Assembly: GCF_006345805.1 (NCBI RefSeq)
Contig: NW_021831873.1
Location: 1 to 62,481 of the forward strand
DNA from: Octopus sinensis
Lineage: Eukaryota
Length of the DNA stretch: 62,481 nucleotides
Reading direction: 5' to 3'
How positions within the stretch are numbered: the stretch's first letter is position 1; each line of letters starts with the position of its first letter. Shown here piece by piece: positions 41,901 to 55,450 of this stretch. Both the position numbers and the translations under genes were made by a program. The notes under the pieces are model-generated. The model worked only from the letters and a program-made list of their open reading frames with translations, searched no databases and had not been told where the DNA came from.

Positions 41901-42590
41901 ATCATAGTCATTGGGTTCCCCTTCGTTGTTTCCAGGTTTTAGATTTGTTTCGCTTTCCTTCTCATTCATATATTTGTCTATCGTGTTCTGGTTTGGTGCT
42001 TTTTGTACATTATTATACATCTCTGCGGTCTGGGTTTGTTGTTTTTTGTTTAATTCGTTTTTGTTACGTTTGTCTTCGAGTTTTACTATCTCAGTGTTTA
42101 TATTATTTGGCATTGTTGTGTGGCTTCTATCTATATTTTTCTGATGTATTTTTCCTTTTAAATGTTCTATTTCTATTTCTGATATTTTTTTGCGCTGAGA
42201 ATATATCTTCGTATGTTAGCTAGTTTATTAGGGTTCATTACTGTATCCAAGTCTTTATTTAGGTCATTCTTCTTCCATATTTTATATGTATGTGTCCATT
42301 TATGCCTTTTTGGTTTTATTTGCGGTATATGAGGAACAACGTCCGGCCCTTTATTTTGACGGTCATCATTTTCGTAGGGTAACGCGTCCGTACATTTCTG
42401 CTGTCAAATTGTTTTGCACGTGTAGTTTTTCGTACTTTTTGTGTAACAAGTCTAAAGTACGCACTTCCCGATTGTTATTCTTGGAATACCCATTGGTACG
42501 TGTGTTTCTGGTCAACATCAGCTTGTTTGCTACGAGCCACATACTTGCCATGCAGAGGTTTCTGTTCCCATCTGCTAGCTAACTTTTCAT
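38920..42590 (-). mobile_element. Near-full-length R4/Dong-type RLE retrotransposon, frameshifted and rearranged
   Basis: N-terminal region 41800-42500. RT motifs NYRPIACLPT, AWIDCQKAFD, HLLYMDGIK, YKYLG. C-terminus RPIDQTW...KVSKY. (TAA)n at the 3' end near 38922. Confidence 0.88.
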
Positions 42591-42595
42591 GCGTT

Positions 42596-42732
<137 letters not shown>

Positions 42733-42734
42733 TT

Positions 42735-44110
42735 AAGACGTCGAACAGTATCCAGTATCCTAATGTTGTTCATTGGAGATATTGTGTCTACCGGGGTTTT
42801 GTACTGACTGTCAAGTCACAAGGACCTCAGACAAATATCACTTTACGCAATATTCGTGCAGTTCTAAGTAATGCCGATTTTTGCAATACACCTAGATCGT
42901 AGGGTATTTCTGATGTTTCCACATGCTTCTTCAACTTGGGCAGTATTGAAACTAGTGCTTTAATGACAACAGGGACAGCCTCTATGTTTGACTCTCGTAA
43001 CTGCCACACCTTTGCGAAATCAATTCTTAGGTCTCAATATTTATCAATCGTTTCTCTTTCATGATAGTATGTCACGTTGATTAATAGGCCCTCTTGTTTG
43101 TCCCTCTTAAAGGTTACTATTCCGGGACCTCGGTGCTCTAAAATCTTGCTTGTCTGGAAATCAATGTCCCAGAGGATTTTTGCCTTCCCTTATTCGTCCA
43201 TTACTTTTTCCGGTGTATGCACCTATTACCTCGTATCCACACTTCCGGCATAGTAGCCAATGGCGGTTTTGATGTTCCTTGTCGTGTTTGTGCTTGTACT
43301 GTTTCTGAACAAGATTTTCACAAGCACTAACAATGTGAGTCACGCTTTCGACCCTCTTCCCGCACATTCTGCAGATGTCCATTGCACTTGTGTGATCTAT
43401 ATCAATTTTCACTGAGTTGATATTCAATGCCTGATCCTGGGTAGCTATAATTGGGCTTTCAGTTTCTTTTTTAGGTCACTCTTGCTGAGCCACCTCCATG
43501 ATGCTTCTTGGTCTTTTAAGTAGTTAGTTCGATAGTGGAACTGTAATTCCATGCGGTATAGGGTTCCTTTTCTCTATCGTTGGCCGTTCGTGATTGGAAT
43601 TCATGAGCGCTCTTAAGCCCATTTTTGGTAAATCCTTCTGCATTAGCAGCATAGTGTAGCAAGTCTTGTTTTTATTTACAAAGTATTTCTGCCATGGTAC
43701 TTATTTTCACTTTGGTGCACTCATCCCACATTTACTTTTACACCTCTTCGCGTACAGCCTCTGTATATTCGCTTTAGGTTGGAGGACACCATGCATTATC
43801 ATTGTTTTCGGGTAGTGTGATCGAGTTTGTGAATCTCCGCTTGTGTCTATCTCAGGATGGGTGCACTTTAGCGGACTACAGCAACAGCCCATATGTCGAT
43901 GGCAGTCACAAGTTTCCTTGGGCTGAGTTTTGATTTCAAAAGAAGTTTGAGATGCTTCGAATATGTAGTGATGATTTTGTCTTTTATTTCTCTGTGCAAG
44001 ATATTGTCCAGCACCAGGATCCCAAGGTACTTGAACCCATCATCAATTGGGTATTCAATTCTCTCTCCGTTGGGCAATCCTATGCCCCTACAATCTCTCT
44101 TTTCTCTCGT
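42735..44110 (-). mobile_element. R4/Dong-type 3' half
   Basis: FKYLGIL, CRMCGKRVESVTHIVSAC...KHKHDK, VPVVIKAL...QKSALLRTARILRKV. Confidence 0.87.
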
Positions 44111-45292
44111 TTTTAAGTGAGCACCGCAAACTTCGAGATGCTGAATTTCATCCCTATATCCTTGCTGAACATCTGCAGTCTCAACCAGCCTCTCTCTTTC
44201 AGGCTCTGTTTTTGCGAACAGCCTGGAAATCTTGGAAGACATGTTTTACAGCATTTTTTTCCTATCAAAAAGTTAATCAAATTCTGGAAGAAGTGGTAGT
44301 CAGTGGGGGAAACATCAGATGAGTATGGAGGATGATGGAAACCTTCCAACTCCAAATCCAGTAGTTTCGGCAATGTCATTTTTGTGATGTGTGGTCTGGC
44401 GTTGTCCTGCAATAAAACAGAAGTGGATCTGTTGACTAATTTATGCTGTTTTTTATAAGTTTCTGCATCATTTGGTCCAGTTGGCTGCAGTATAGTTTGG
44501 CTGTGATTGATGAGCCAGGTTTAATAATATCATAATAAATGACATCTGCGCCAGACCACCAAACACACACCATTAGCTTGATGGATTTTACTTTTTGGAG
44601 TCTGTTTTGGTGGCTCGTCTTTGTTCAACCATTGTACTGAATCTTTACGGCTGTTCTATTGGATCCATTTCCCATCACATGTTACAGTTCGATTCAAAAA
44701 TTATTCATTTTTCTAACGAGCAAGTAACATAATGTAGGCTTCCAAACGTTGCTGTTTCAGATTTTCATTGAGTTCATGCGGAACCCACTTATCCATCTTT
44801 CTCACTTTACCGATTTGAAATAGCTGACTCAATAGTGTTTGCTTGCTAACACCAAACAACAACGATAATTTGCGGGCACTTTGAGAAGGATCTGGCTTTC
44901 AGTTCGTCATTATCCACCATCGTTTCTGGTCGACCACGTTGCTCATTTGTGAGAATGAAATTTTGCAAACCAATTTGTTACTGTCTGCTGTGTAATAACA
45001 TTAGAATGAAATACTCCATTAATATTCCGAGCCGTCTGTGATGCTGTATTTCCAAGAAAAACTCATATTTCAAAACTACGAATTTCCGACTTATCCATCT
45101 CTAAACAAAGATAGCAAAAACGATTTATAAATACTTTATAAAGCGCAAAATGAGTTATAATAAAGGAATAGATGTGTCAGCTTTCTTACAAAAAATAAAG
45201 GTTGTAAAAATATTATAATGGCGCAAAATGATCAGCTGTCAAAAGTTACTACATACCTTACTACAAATTTCATAATTCACGACCTACTATTT
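44110..45292 (-). mobile_element. Degraded mariner (Hsmar1-like N-terminus), one end truncated
   Basis: MDKSEIR...TARNIN near 45098. QDNARPH...HPPYSSDVSPTDYHFFQNL at 44113-44412. TIR-like TAGTAGGTCGTGAATTATGAAAT at the right end only. Confidence 0.82.
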
Positions 45293-45399
45293 GTGAAAGT
45301 TGGCTCCAAGTCTCACCCAGAGACCTCAAGAGATAACAAGTTACGAGTTCATGTTGGTGTCATGCCTAGAGTGTCATATAATATTGTAATTGAGAATGT

Positions 45400-47547
45400 T
45401 TAAAAAAACATATGACAGTTATGAATCTGTTTTAAAGTTTGAGATTGATTTTACGTACGATATGGGCAGATCCCATGAGCATTACCCTTTGAATTTCTGC
45501 CATTTTGGTATCTGAGCTAGGTAAGACTCAGTCCCTTTTACTATCATTCTTAGGGCACCTATGATAACAGGTATTGCACAATTTGTTGTAGATCTTGACA
45601 GATACAATTATGTCAATTGGGACAGTCATATCAATGAGGAAGCTTGATTTTTGCCAGAAGTCTTTCAATATAATGTCTGGCCTTGAACGGTGAAGTTCAA
45701 GAGAAGTGAGATGTGATCATTTTCAAGCACTGGAGGTGGTTTGTCGTCCCACCAGTTATTTTATCATGTGGTAGGTCCAGGTTTTTGCAAATTACCCAGT
45801 GAATATATTGTGCTGCTCTCTCATATCTGTTGAGATACGCTGTAGGCGCAGGAAGACTGCACATGGAGACAACATGGTCAACTGTTACATTTTTTGCTGA
45901 CATACACGACATGTTGAGCTACTGCCGTTCTTTAACATGTTGGCCTGGTATTTTCTTGTAGGTAGGCATTGATGTTGGGCCGCTATCATAAACTCTTCCG
46001 TTTCTGGTTTTAAGCACAAAAACACTAACCATTGATGGGCAAGGGCTTTGTCAACATCGGCACTAATAGCTCTCTTTGGGTATTTGCCATTAAGAGGTTT
46101 TTCTTGCTATTTATCAGTAAGAATATCTAGGGCAGCAGTTTAGTACGGGTTTTCATACGCTTAGCTTTTTCTGTGCGTGTTTCTAGTACATCTAATTCTG
46201 GAATTTGTTGTATTTGGAAATCACTTAGATATTACTTCACCTGTTTTGTTACTGAGTATGATGCTTACTTACTTCATACTTTGAGACAAGTTTTAACATC
46301 CAGTCCTCAGAGTTTTTCAAGTAGTTGTCTAGGCCAATTGTGGCAATATTCATTATTAATTCCAGTTATATGAGTCCACGGCCATCCTCTTTTATTGACA
46401 GGTAAATTCCTTCTATATCTGCCTTTGTGTGGTGCATTCTATACAATGTTAAGAATTTTCGTGTTTTCTTTCAAGTTTACATATTTCAGTAATTGACCAG
46501 TTATTAATATTGAAACTGGTATTCGTAGCTCTACGCCGCTTCTAGCTCCTTTATGATATTCAGCTGGTCAAGATTAACTTTGGATGTTTCTGTCAATTTT
46601 GCTTTGATAAAGGTAGCTTTTGCACATTTCTCGAAGACAAATTGCATTCTGATGTCATCACTGAACTGAATAGTTTAACAATCGCTAGTAAGACCTCTAG
46701 TTGTGGTCATTTCCTTTTCTTGCAATGAGCTCTATATCGTCCATGTAAATGAGATGATTTATAATTTTCTAAATATAATTTTCTAAGCATAATTTTATCA
46801 AACATTTTATAGCCGTATTGTACATCATCGCGCAATTTCGAGAGAGGCATTAAGAGAAAAGGCTAAAGAAAAGAGGAGTGGTGATAGTGAGTCACTCTAG
46901 AAAATGCCACATGAAATTCTTATATCGCCAGCATTAAGAGATTCATTGTCACTGTTCAAAATCAGTGTGGTTCACCATGATCTCATACTTACAAACAAGA
47001 GGTTTATCAGAGTAGGTGCTAATTTATACATTTCCAGACATTCCTTAATCCACCTACGCGGTAGACAATCAAAATCTTTTTTAATGTCTGCCCAGGCTAT
47101 CGAGAATGTTTTGTGTCGTTAGTTACAATTTTCCAAGATCATCTTATTGGCGATTCGCTGATCTTTACAACCATAGGACCCACGCACATCCTTTCTGCTC
47201 ATTATGCAATATGCCATTTTCTATTAAAAATCTATAGGTATATTCAGTCAAATCGGATGTTAGTATTTTAGACATTGTTGTTAAGCAGGTTATGGATGTA
47301 TAATATTTGGGTTTATTTGTTTACACTCTCTTTACTCTTTTACTTGTTTCAGTCATTTTGATGGTGGCCATGCTGGAGTACCACCTTTGGTCGAGCAAAT
47401 CGACCCCAGGGCTTATTCTTTTTTAAGCCAAGTACTTATTCTATCGATCTCTTTTACCGAACCGCTAAGGTACGGGACGTAAACACACCAGCATCGGTTG
47501 TCAAGTGATGTTGGGGGGACAAACACAGACACACAAACATATACGCA

Positions 47548-47628
<81 letters not shown>

Positions 47629-49030
47629 CGGGATTCTTTCAGTTTCTGTCTACTAAATCCATTCACAATGTATTGATCGGCCCGAGGCTATAGTAGAAGA
47701 CACTTGCCGAAAGTGCCACGCAGTGGTACTGAACCCGAAGCCATGTGGTTGGTAAGCAAGCTACTTACCACACAAACACTCCTTCACCTCATATTTTGGA
47801 AGTAGGAATGTAATACCAAGAGGGAATCATACTATGTTGTTGCAAAACGTCGTTGTAAAGTTTTGTTGGCAGTTCAGGGCTCTCTGGGAAGGCATTCAAC
47901 CAGAAGTTAGGAATTTTATTCTTTCTTGGAGACTGCCATTTGCTTGACTTCCTGAGAGATCTTACATCTTCTACCTTGATACCCTCCCACTTTTGCTCTT
48001 CTAAGGAGTCTAAGTCTGTAGATATTATACAGGGTGTTTTTCATTCTGTGCTTTTTTCTTCTGCCCAAATATCATTCCATAATTTCTGCACTTCTTTTGA
48101 TTTGTGAGACTTTACTATAACTGGTATTTCCCCCTGTCTTCCTGTAAAAAGATTTGGGGGTATTTTTTAACATATGATTGTCCTTAAAGAATCTAACGCG
48201 CTTTTCATACCTTGCTCTGCGGGCATCTTTAGCACACACCTTTTGCTTGATGGTTTCTATGGTGGCATCAATGTCAAGTATGATTTTCATATTATATTTC
48301 TTCTTTAATTTTCCGGTTTCTGTAGGTTTGGTAGTTTTGTCAAACTTAAGGTTTTCCAAACATTCTATGTTAGACCTATATGGTGGTATTGATGTCAAAT
48401 ATAGTTTTCATATATATGAAAACGATATTTGACATCGATACCACCATAGAAACTATCAAGTACAAGGTATGTACTAAAGTTACTGGCATAGCAAAGTATC
48501 AAAAGCGCGTTAGGTCCCTCGAGCACAAAAATATGTTTAAAAATTTCCTAATCCAGTTATGTGGTAGTCTATCAAAAGCTTTTTTATAGTCAATCTAGGC
48601 TATTGACAAGTTTTGTGCCAATTGTGACAATCTTCTAAGATCATCTTATTGATGAGTAGCTGGTTTTTACAACCATAGCATCCACGTTTACATCCTTTTT
48701 GCTCATTAGGGAATATGCCACTTTATATTAAAAGACTATAGGTATATTTAGTCAGGACAGATGTTAGCGTTTTATAAATTGTTGTTAAGCAGGTTATGTA
48801 TCTCTAATATTTTGGTCCATTTGTTTGGTCCATTAACTAACCAAGAGGGAATCATACTAGGTTGTTGCTAAGCGTCGTTGTAAAGTTCTGTTAGTAGTTC
48901 ATGACTCTCTGGGAAGTTATTTATTCTGAAGTTAGGAAGTTTATCCTTTCCTGGAGACTGCCATTTGTTTGACTTCTCGAGAGCAGATCTTACATCTTCT
49001 ACCTTATACCCTCCCACTTTTGCTCCTTAG
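45400..49030 (-). mobile_element. Cluster of degraded R4/Dong-type fragments (at least two paralogous RT pieces)
   Basis: VDHVVSMC...YLNRYERAAQYIHW at 45.7-45.9 kb. Segments 47090-47310 plus 47790-48000 are paralogous to 48590-49025. Confidence 0.72.
47325..47783 (-). mobile_element. tRNA-derived SINE
   Basis: Same consensus as 286-667, with a longer internal (TACA)/(TA) tract. Confidence 0.9.
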
Positions 49031-50143
49031 GTTTTGAAACTTCACTGTTATCAGACCAGCTGTTATGAAATTACCCCCCATTGTTTATAATAATATATAG
49101 TGTGATTTGTGGGAAATATAGCTGTTATATCTAGCAATTCGAATGATTAAATAGAGATACTGTTGTTACAACACTTCGTGAGCTATAATAACTAGCGGAA
49201 TATATTTTGCATATATATTTAAAAGAAGGGTGGAATTCAAAATAGTTTTATCTGCATTTGAGTTATTGGATCTAAGTGACTTAGATGACATTGCTATTGC
49301 AGTTAGAAGGGCTAAGAATGGAGATGAATTAACCCTTTTGAAACACTTCAGTCGACAGTTAAAGATTCCTTAAAATCCAGTCGTCTTGTATGCAACGACG
49401 AACGATTTGTTAAGAATCTCTCAATCAATGTGATTATTGGAAGGCTGAAGTTTTTAAATGACCATCTCTTTACTGGAATTTTCACAATCAGCTATAGTTA
49501 GAAATTATACAAGACATCAAATCTACAATATGGTTTATAACGAAATTGGTGTGTCATGTGCGAAATAAGGTCTCTTATAAATGTGATCCTTAGGAATCAC
49601 TGAGTGACGGAAAAATTTCATGGAAATAAAGAAGGGACTATTTTACAATAAAATTAGGGATGCTTGAGATAAGAGCAACAGTCGGAATTTTTTTAAGTTA
49701 AAAGGTTTGTTTTGCTAAGCTTTAATGATGCAGTAGTCTGTTTCTATACACGTTCATAAAGAAGTAAGCAGTACCAAATTAGATGAGTTTAGCCCCAGCT
49801 CTTAAACATACAATTCTAATGTTGGGGGTTGGAATACCATCTTGTTATATTTTGATGAATAAAGCAACTGTCAGTGCTGCTAACTATATTGACAGGAGAT
49901 TGAGGGAGTGCTGAAGAAAAGGAAATTCTAGAAAGAGATATGTTGTGTATTCCAAAACGAAATTAGTAAGGAAATGTCTACCAATTCTACTTGTCAGTGT
50001 GCAGTTGTAAATTAGGCTCATTTGGGGTGCAATGGGAAGGAGAAACAGTCAGATAATAGTTAGTAGCGTCCTGAAATTAACATAAGTCATTACTTTTCAA
50101 AATGATCTAACACATGAAATATATTTCTCTTGTCTTCCTAAAG

Positions 50144-50323
50144 CCGAATGTCCGACGTCAGCCGGCTATACTTACCAACCAGAATTGAGATTGTGTTATC
50201 AAATAGGCTCCACGATAACTTCATGGAATAAGGCTGCAGACAATTGCAATAAGGATCGAGGACGACTTATTCACATTAAAAATGAGGAAGTCATGAACTA
50301 TCTAAAAACAATATTATCATGGG
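50144..50323 (+). CDS. Exon 2: N-terminal half of the C-type lectin domain
   Basis: Pyrimidine tract plus AAG acceptor at 50141-50143, 180 nt, phase 1-1. Translates (P)ECPTSAGYTYQPELRLCYQIGSTITSWNKAADNCNKDRGRLIHIKNEEVMNYLKTILSW. Donor G|GTGAGC at 50324. Confidence 0.88.
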
Positions 50324-50436
50324 GTGAGCAACATTTTACTATTTAATACATACATACAACACGTTCTCTCTCTCATTCTGTCTGACTGTCTGTCTGTCTG
50401 TCTCTCTCTCTCTCACACACACACACGCACACACAC

Positions 50437-50493
<57 letters not shown>

Positions 50494-51704
50494 CATATAT
50501 ATACAAAGGTACACATGATATACCTCATATTATAAACTATAACAGATTTAATGTCACTCAAAATTGCAATTTCCTCCCATTTTGCAAACAAAATTCCGTT
50601 TTCCTGCTAATGTTTCTCTGATTTGTACACTATGTTCTGAGTGTTTCTCTTTTTGGGAATTTATCAAATGTAATAATTTAATTTCATTTATTGTTTAAAG
50701 ATTTATATTGTCATTTACTGCCAATGAGTTTACAAAAGAAAATAACTTTGCCAGTTAAGAATAACTTAAGTAATGATTTATTTTAGATTTTGTACTGTTT
50801 GTTATACGTAAAAATTCGAATAGATAGTTGAAACTAAGAAAATATATTTATTATAAAACGTATTGTTATAAATATTTAGAGAATTTAACGTATGAATTTT
50901 CTTTTGAATCAATCTTTTCTTTCTATGGAACATCTTTCGGACTACACCCTCTTCAGTATTAATAACGACAGTAGTATCATGTCGAGTTAGAGTATTGAGT
51001 TTCCCTATTACAGATACATTATTGACAATATAAATACAGTCTCAACGAAATAATCCTCCTTTGAATTTTGATTTTGGTTTTTATCAATACAACATCAATG
51101 CTTGTAGGAGAATGCAAGAGTCGATTAAATTAATCAACGAATTCATAATAGTCATCCTTTTAAATTCCAATAACTTGAAAGGTTCAGTCTGTTTAGTTTT
51201 GAATTCATATGCAAACAGAAGAAATAGATAATTTACTTGCTATATAGCCAGCATTAGACAATAATTTGCGGTTAATTTCATTTTATATACGAAGAACATG
51301 AAAACATAGTGTATTTTGAAATATTTCGTCACAGTTGCTGAAATGTTCTTGCCGCCAGAATCGACGAAGAGATTTCAGTATCTAGTTTACTGATGTACGT
51401 AACAAGAAATCAATTTAAATTAATATATACGTTAGGTTATGTGATTACTTTGCCATAATTCAAAATTTTTCGCTAATTTTCCAGTACACTAAAATTACGG
51501 CGCACACAAGCAGGTCATATGTGGGTTCTAAGTGTGCTGCGACACAGTGAGGAAAAATATGTACACTGAATGAGCGTTCATCTTACAGAAGATGGGAGTC
51601 GACTGTTTCTCGAAATGCAGTGTATAGTCAAGTATACACCATGTAAACACAAATAAGACAGGATGTCATGAGTAATCTGAACTAAATATCAACAATCACA
51701 CCAG

Positions 51705-51719
51705 CAACAACAACAACAG

Positions 51720-51776
<57 letters not shown>

Positions 51777-51796
51777 ACTACTACTACTACTACTAC
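51705..51796. repeat. (CAA)/(CTA)n microsatellite in intron 2
   Basis: Read directly from the sequence. Confidence 0.93.
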
Positions 51797-51889
51797 AAGA
51801 CAATATATTTGCTCAAACATGTATCGAATTATAACGAATGTCTTCAAGCTGATTATTAATCAAATTTTTTGTTTTCCGTTTGTTTTCAG

Positions 51890-52122
51890 CTGCGGCGCAT
51901 TCAGGTCAGTATTATATTGGATCAAGTAGAGATCTTAACAAGAACGTCTTTGTATGGCAAACTGGAGAAGCACTAACATATTCTCGTTGGTTTTATCCTA
52001 ATCCCTCTGGTGGAAATGAACACTGTGTTAGCCTTGTGCCAACCGCAGATTTCGGATGGAATGACATTCCTTGTCACAACTCGAACATAGGGTGGCAAAT
52101 ATGCGAGATAGTTGTTCTATAA
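51890..52122 (+). CDS. Exon 3: C-terminal half of the C-type lectin domain, with stop codon
   Basis: Acceptor TTTGTTTTCAG at 51889, phase 1. Translates YYIG...FVWQTG...WFYPNPSGGNEHCV...GWNDIPC...QICE, stop TAA at 52120-52122. Confidence 0.92.
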
Positions 52123-52148
52123 ATGTTTGGCAGAACGAAACGTAATTC

Positions 52149-52170
52149 CACACACACACACACACAAACG

Positions 52171-52219
<49 letters not shown>

Positions 52220-52388
52220 TCACACACACACATACACATACACGGACACACACTATATATATATAAATATTTATATATATATATATATATATACATACAT
52301 ATATATATACATATATACACACACGCGCGCACGTACACACACACGAACGCACGAACACACACTCACAAACCCACACATGCACACACAA
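52149..52388. repeat. (CA)/(TA) microsatellite just downstream of the lectin stop codon
   Basis: Read directly from the sequence. Confidence 0.93.
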
Positions 52389-53159
52389 ATGTAATGTTAA
52401 CTTTGGTTGTGATTGGTCAGAAATTTACCATTGGTTTCACATCTCTTGTTGCTATTAGTAACACAAGCGATAAACCAGATGGAGGCACATAACGTCCTTA
52501 CTAATGGAGATAGAAGTTTGAAAAAAAAAGTCTTAAACGAAATTCTTCGAGGGGAAAAACCCTTCTTGGTGAAGTGGAGCTATTTCTCATTGACCAGTTT
52601 TAGCTGTGTCCGGACGAGTAGGTTTATGTACGATTTCCGTTCACAAGTCAGTAGGCAAGGAATTCCATCTCTTGAGCTAGTAATTTTCTCATAAGAGCAT
52701 CTCACTTTCAAAATTGTGAATACTCACCTAGGGACTTCTGAAATTCAAAAAATGTTTTTATTTTGTCCTCTTATGTCGAAAGATTTGCATTGAAAGCATG
52801 GAATTCTCCGCTTGCTGACAACTGATGAAAAACCGTATATGAACTGACACAATTAAAATACAAGTGGAAATGGTCAAGGGGGAATGAATCCGTAGCACCC
52901 ACAAGATTTTCCTTCGAAGAATGTCGTTTCAGGTTTTTTGTTACAATCCAGACTGACTCATACTGTATTTTTAGTTCCGTTAGTAAAGTGGTTCCCTGCT
53001 TCAAACCAGCAAATCTGATGTGTCACTTATATTAAGAACGGTAATACACGTGAAACTAATTGTAACGTTTTGGCCGGCCATATCCAGCGACTACGCAAAA
53101 CATAATTCTTTTAAATATCTTTCAGAGTTTGCATATTGGTACTAATGAACAAGCGACCG

Positions 53160-53405
<246 letters not shown>

Positions 53406-53409
53406 AAGA

Positions 53410-53814
53410 AAAAATATTATAGATACTTGGTGCATCTTATTTGTATCACAATGGAAACGTAATGCAAAAAGTGATACTTATAAGATTAAGGATAAAAAAA
53501 ACCGGATCAACACATCAACCAGTTTCAAAATACAGTCCTGAAATTAGTTATTACGTAATTCAAGCCCGGAAAATATACTTACGTTTCCTTGGAGATACCC
53601 GGCAATATATGCTTTCTTACATCTACAATCGTTTGAATGTTGATGATTCAAACATGCTGTCGGATTGAAACATGTGTAGGATTTTGAGAGGATATTTTTT
53701 GGTTGCTTTGTTGATCCGTTTTCTTTTATCCTTATTCTTACATGTATCACTTTTACTTTGCATTACTTTTCCATTTTGATACAAATAAAATGAATCAAGC
53801 ATCTATTTATTTTT
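53410..53814. mobile_element. Old MITE-like element with ~120-bp diverged TIRs
   Basis: TTATTTGTATCACAATGGAAACGTAATGCAAAAAGTGATAC versus GTATCACTTTTACTTTGCATTACTTTTCCATTTTGATACAAATAA. Confidence 0.65.
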
Positions 53815-54157
53815 CTCCATTTTATTTTATTATCTTTATACTTTATTAGAGTGTTTATACATATATATTGAGAACCTTTATTTCAATATACTTGATAAAG
53901 CCAGATTGCATCTGAATTGTTATTAGTAATCCCTTACTTATTATGTGGTTTCTATGAAGACTGCTTTGGGTATTTACTTATGGAATTCTGGGGCGATAAA
54001 TCATGCTATATAATTATAAGCTAAGAATCAGAAACCAAAAATAGAAAAAAAGTTATGCAAAGATATATATACACATATTTAACTGTGCTCACATGCAAAT
54101 ATATGCATATATTTGTACATTATCATGGGTATGTTATAATCAACCCTCATAGACTTA

Positions 54158-55450
54158 CGAGGGGCGTTCAATAAGTAATGGCCCTGACCCACTTCCCATA
54201 GCAGTAGAGCAACGAAACTTGGCACAGTTATTAGTCTTTTTCTACATAGGAACCACCCAGAGTTACGCATTTCTCCCATTGTTTGATGCAGCTCTGGAGA
54301 TCGTTTTTGTAGAAGACCCCAGCTTGGTCCTCCAACCACGACGTGACTTCAGAAATCAAGGCTGCATCATCTGGGAAACGCTTTCCTTTCAAAAACAACT
54401 TCATGGCTGAGAAGAGGGGAAAATCAGAGGGTGCAAGGTCAGTAGAGTAGGGGGGATGGGGGATGAGTTCATAGCCGCACGCCTGTGCTTCTGATCTGGC
54501 GACACGCGAGTTGTGGACTGGAGCGTTGTCCTGCAGGAGGAGGATGCCTTTGCTGATCTTGCCCCGCCTCTTGATTTTGATAGCTTCTCTTAATTTCCTC
54601 AAAAGTGAAGCATAATAGACTCCTGTAATTGTGGTACCCTTTGCCAAGAAATCTATTATAATTACTCCGTCCTGGTCCCAGAAGACTGTGAGCATGACCT
54701 TGCCAGCGGAGGGCTGCACCCTTGCCTTCTTTGGAGAGGGTGAGTCACGGTGCTTCCACTGCATTGACTGGGCTTTGGTCTCTGGATCATTGTGATGGAC
54801 CCAGGTTTCATCCTGTGTAATCAGACTTTTGAAAAAGTTTGACTCATCTTCTTGACACATCTCCAAATTCATACTCGAGCACTCGACGCGTTCTTGCTTC
54901 TGGAATGGTGTGAGCAACCTGGGAATCCATCTGGCAGACACCGTTTGCATATGCAAATAGTCATGAATGATAGTTTCCACAGACCCGGTACTAATCTTGA
55001 CCTCATGGGCTATTTGGCGAATAGTTATGCGTCGATCTTCCAAAATGGCAGCCTCAGCTTGACGGACAGATGCCTCATCAATGGCAGAAGGGGGGCCACC
55101 AGATCTGGGAGCTGTTTCCACAGAGTTCCGACCATGTTTGAATTCACGATGCCAGCGTTTTACAAGGTCATATGATGGAGCATCATCACCATAAGTTACT
55201 TTCATTTCATCAAAAGTCTCCCGTGGTGTGCGTCCTTTCAAATACAAAAACCGGATCACTGCTCGACACTCAACAGGCTCCATTTCACACTTGACTCAGT
55301 TCAAACACCTGTGAATCAGAAACCACAATTCGTTCAGAGCTGTAATTTGCTACTTCATCTATAGAGATATAAATAATTGCACCTGCAAAATTTCAGCTAG
55401 AACAAACAACTGCAAGTGGGTCAGAGGCATTACTTATTGAACGTCCCTCG
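54158..55450 (-). mobile_element. Full-length mariner (1293 bp), irritans-like
   Basis: 37-bp TIRs with 3 mismatches (CGAGGGGCGTTCAATAAGTAATG...). TA at 54156-54157 and 55451-55452. Confidence 0.97.
54231..55283 (-). CDS. Mariner transposase, uninterrupted 350-aa ORF, D,D34D
   Basis: WIPRLL, TQDETW, LQDNAP, HPPYSTDLAPSD. I count 34 residues between the second and third Asp. Confidence 0.95.
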   Translation of the reverse strand: MEPVECRAVIRFLYLKGRTPRETFDEMKVTYGDDAPSYDLVKRWHREFKHGRNSVETAPRSGGPPSAIDEASVRQAEAAILEDRRITIRQIAHEVKISTGSVETIIHDYLHMQTVSARWIPRLLTPFQKQERVECSSMNLEMCQEDESNFFKSLITQDETWVHHNDPETKAQSMQWKHRDSPSPKKARVQPSAGKVMLTVFWDQDGVIIIDFLAKGTTITGVYYASLLRKLREAIKIKRRGKISKGILLLQDNAPVHNSRVARSEAQACGYELIPHPPYSTDLAPSDFPLFSAMKLFLKGKRFPDDAALISEVTSWLEDQAGVFYKNDLQSCIKQWEKCVTLGGSYVEKD

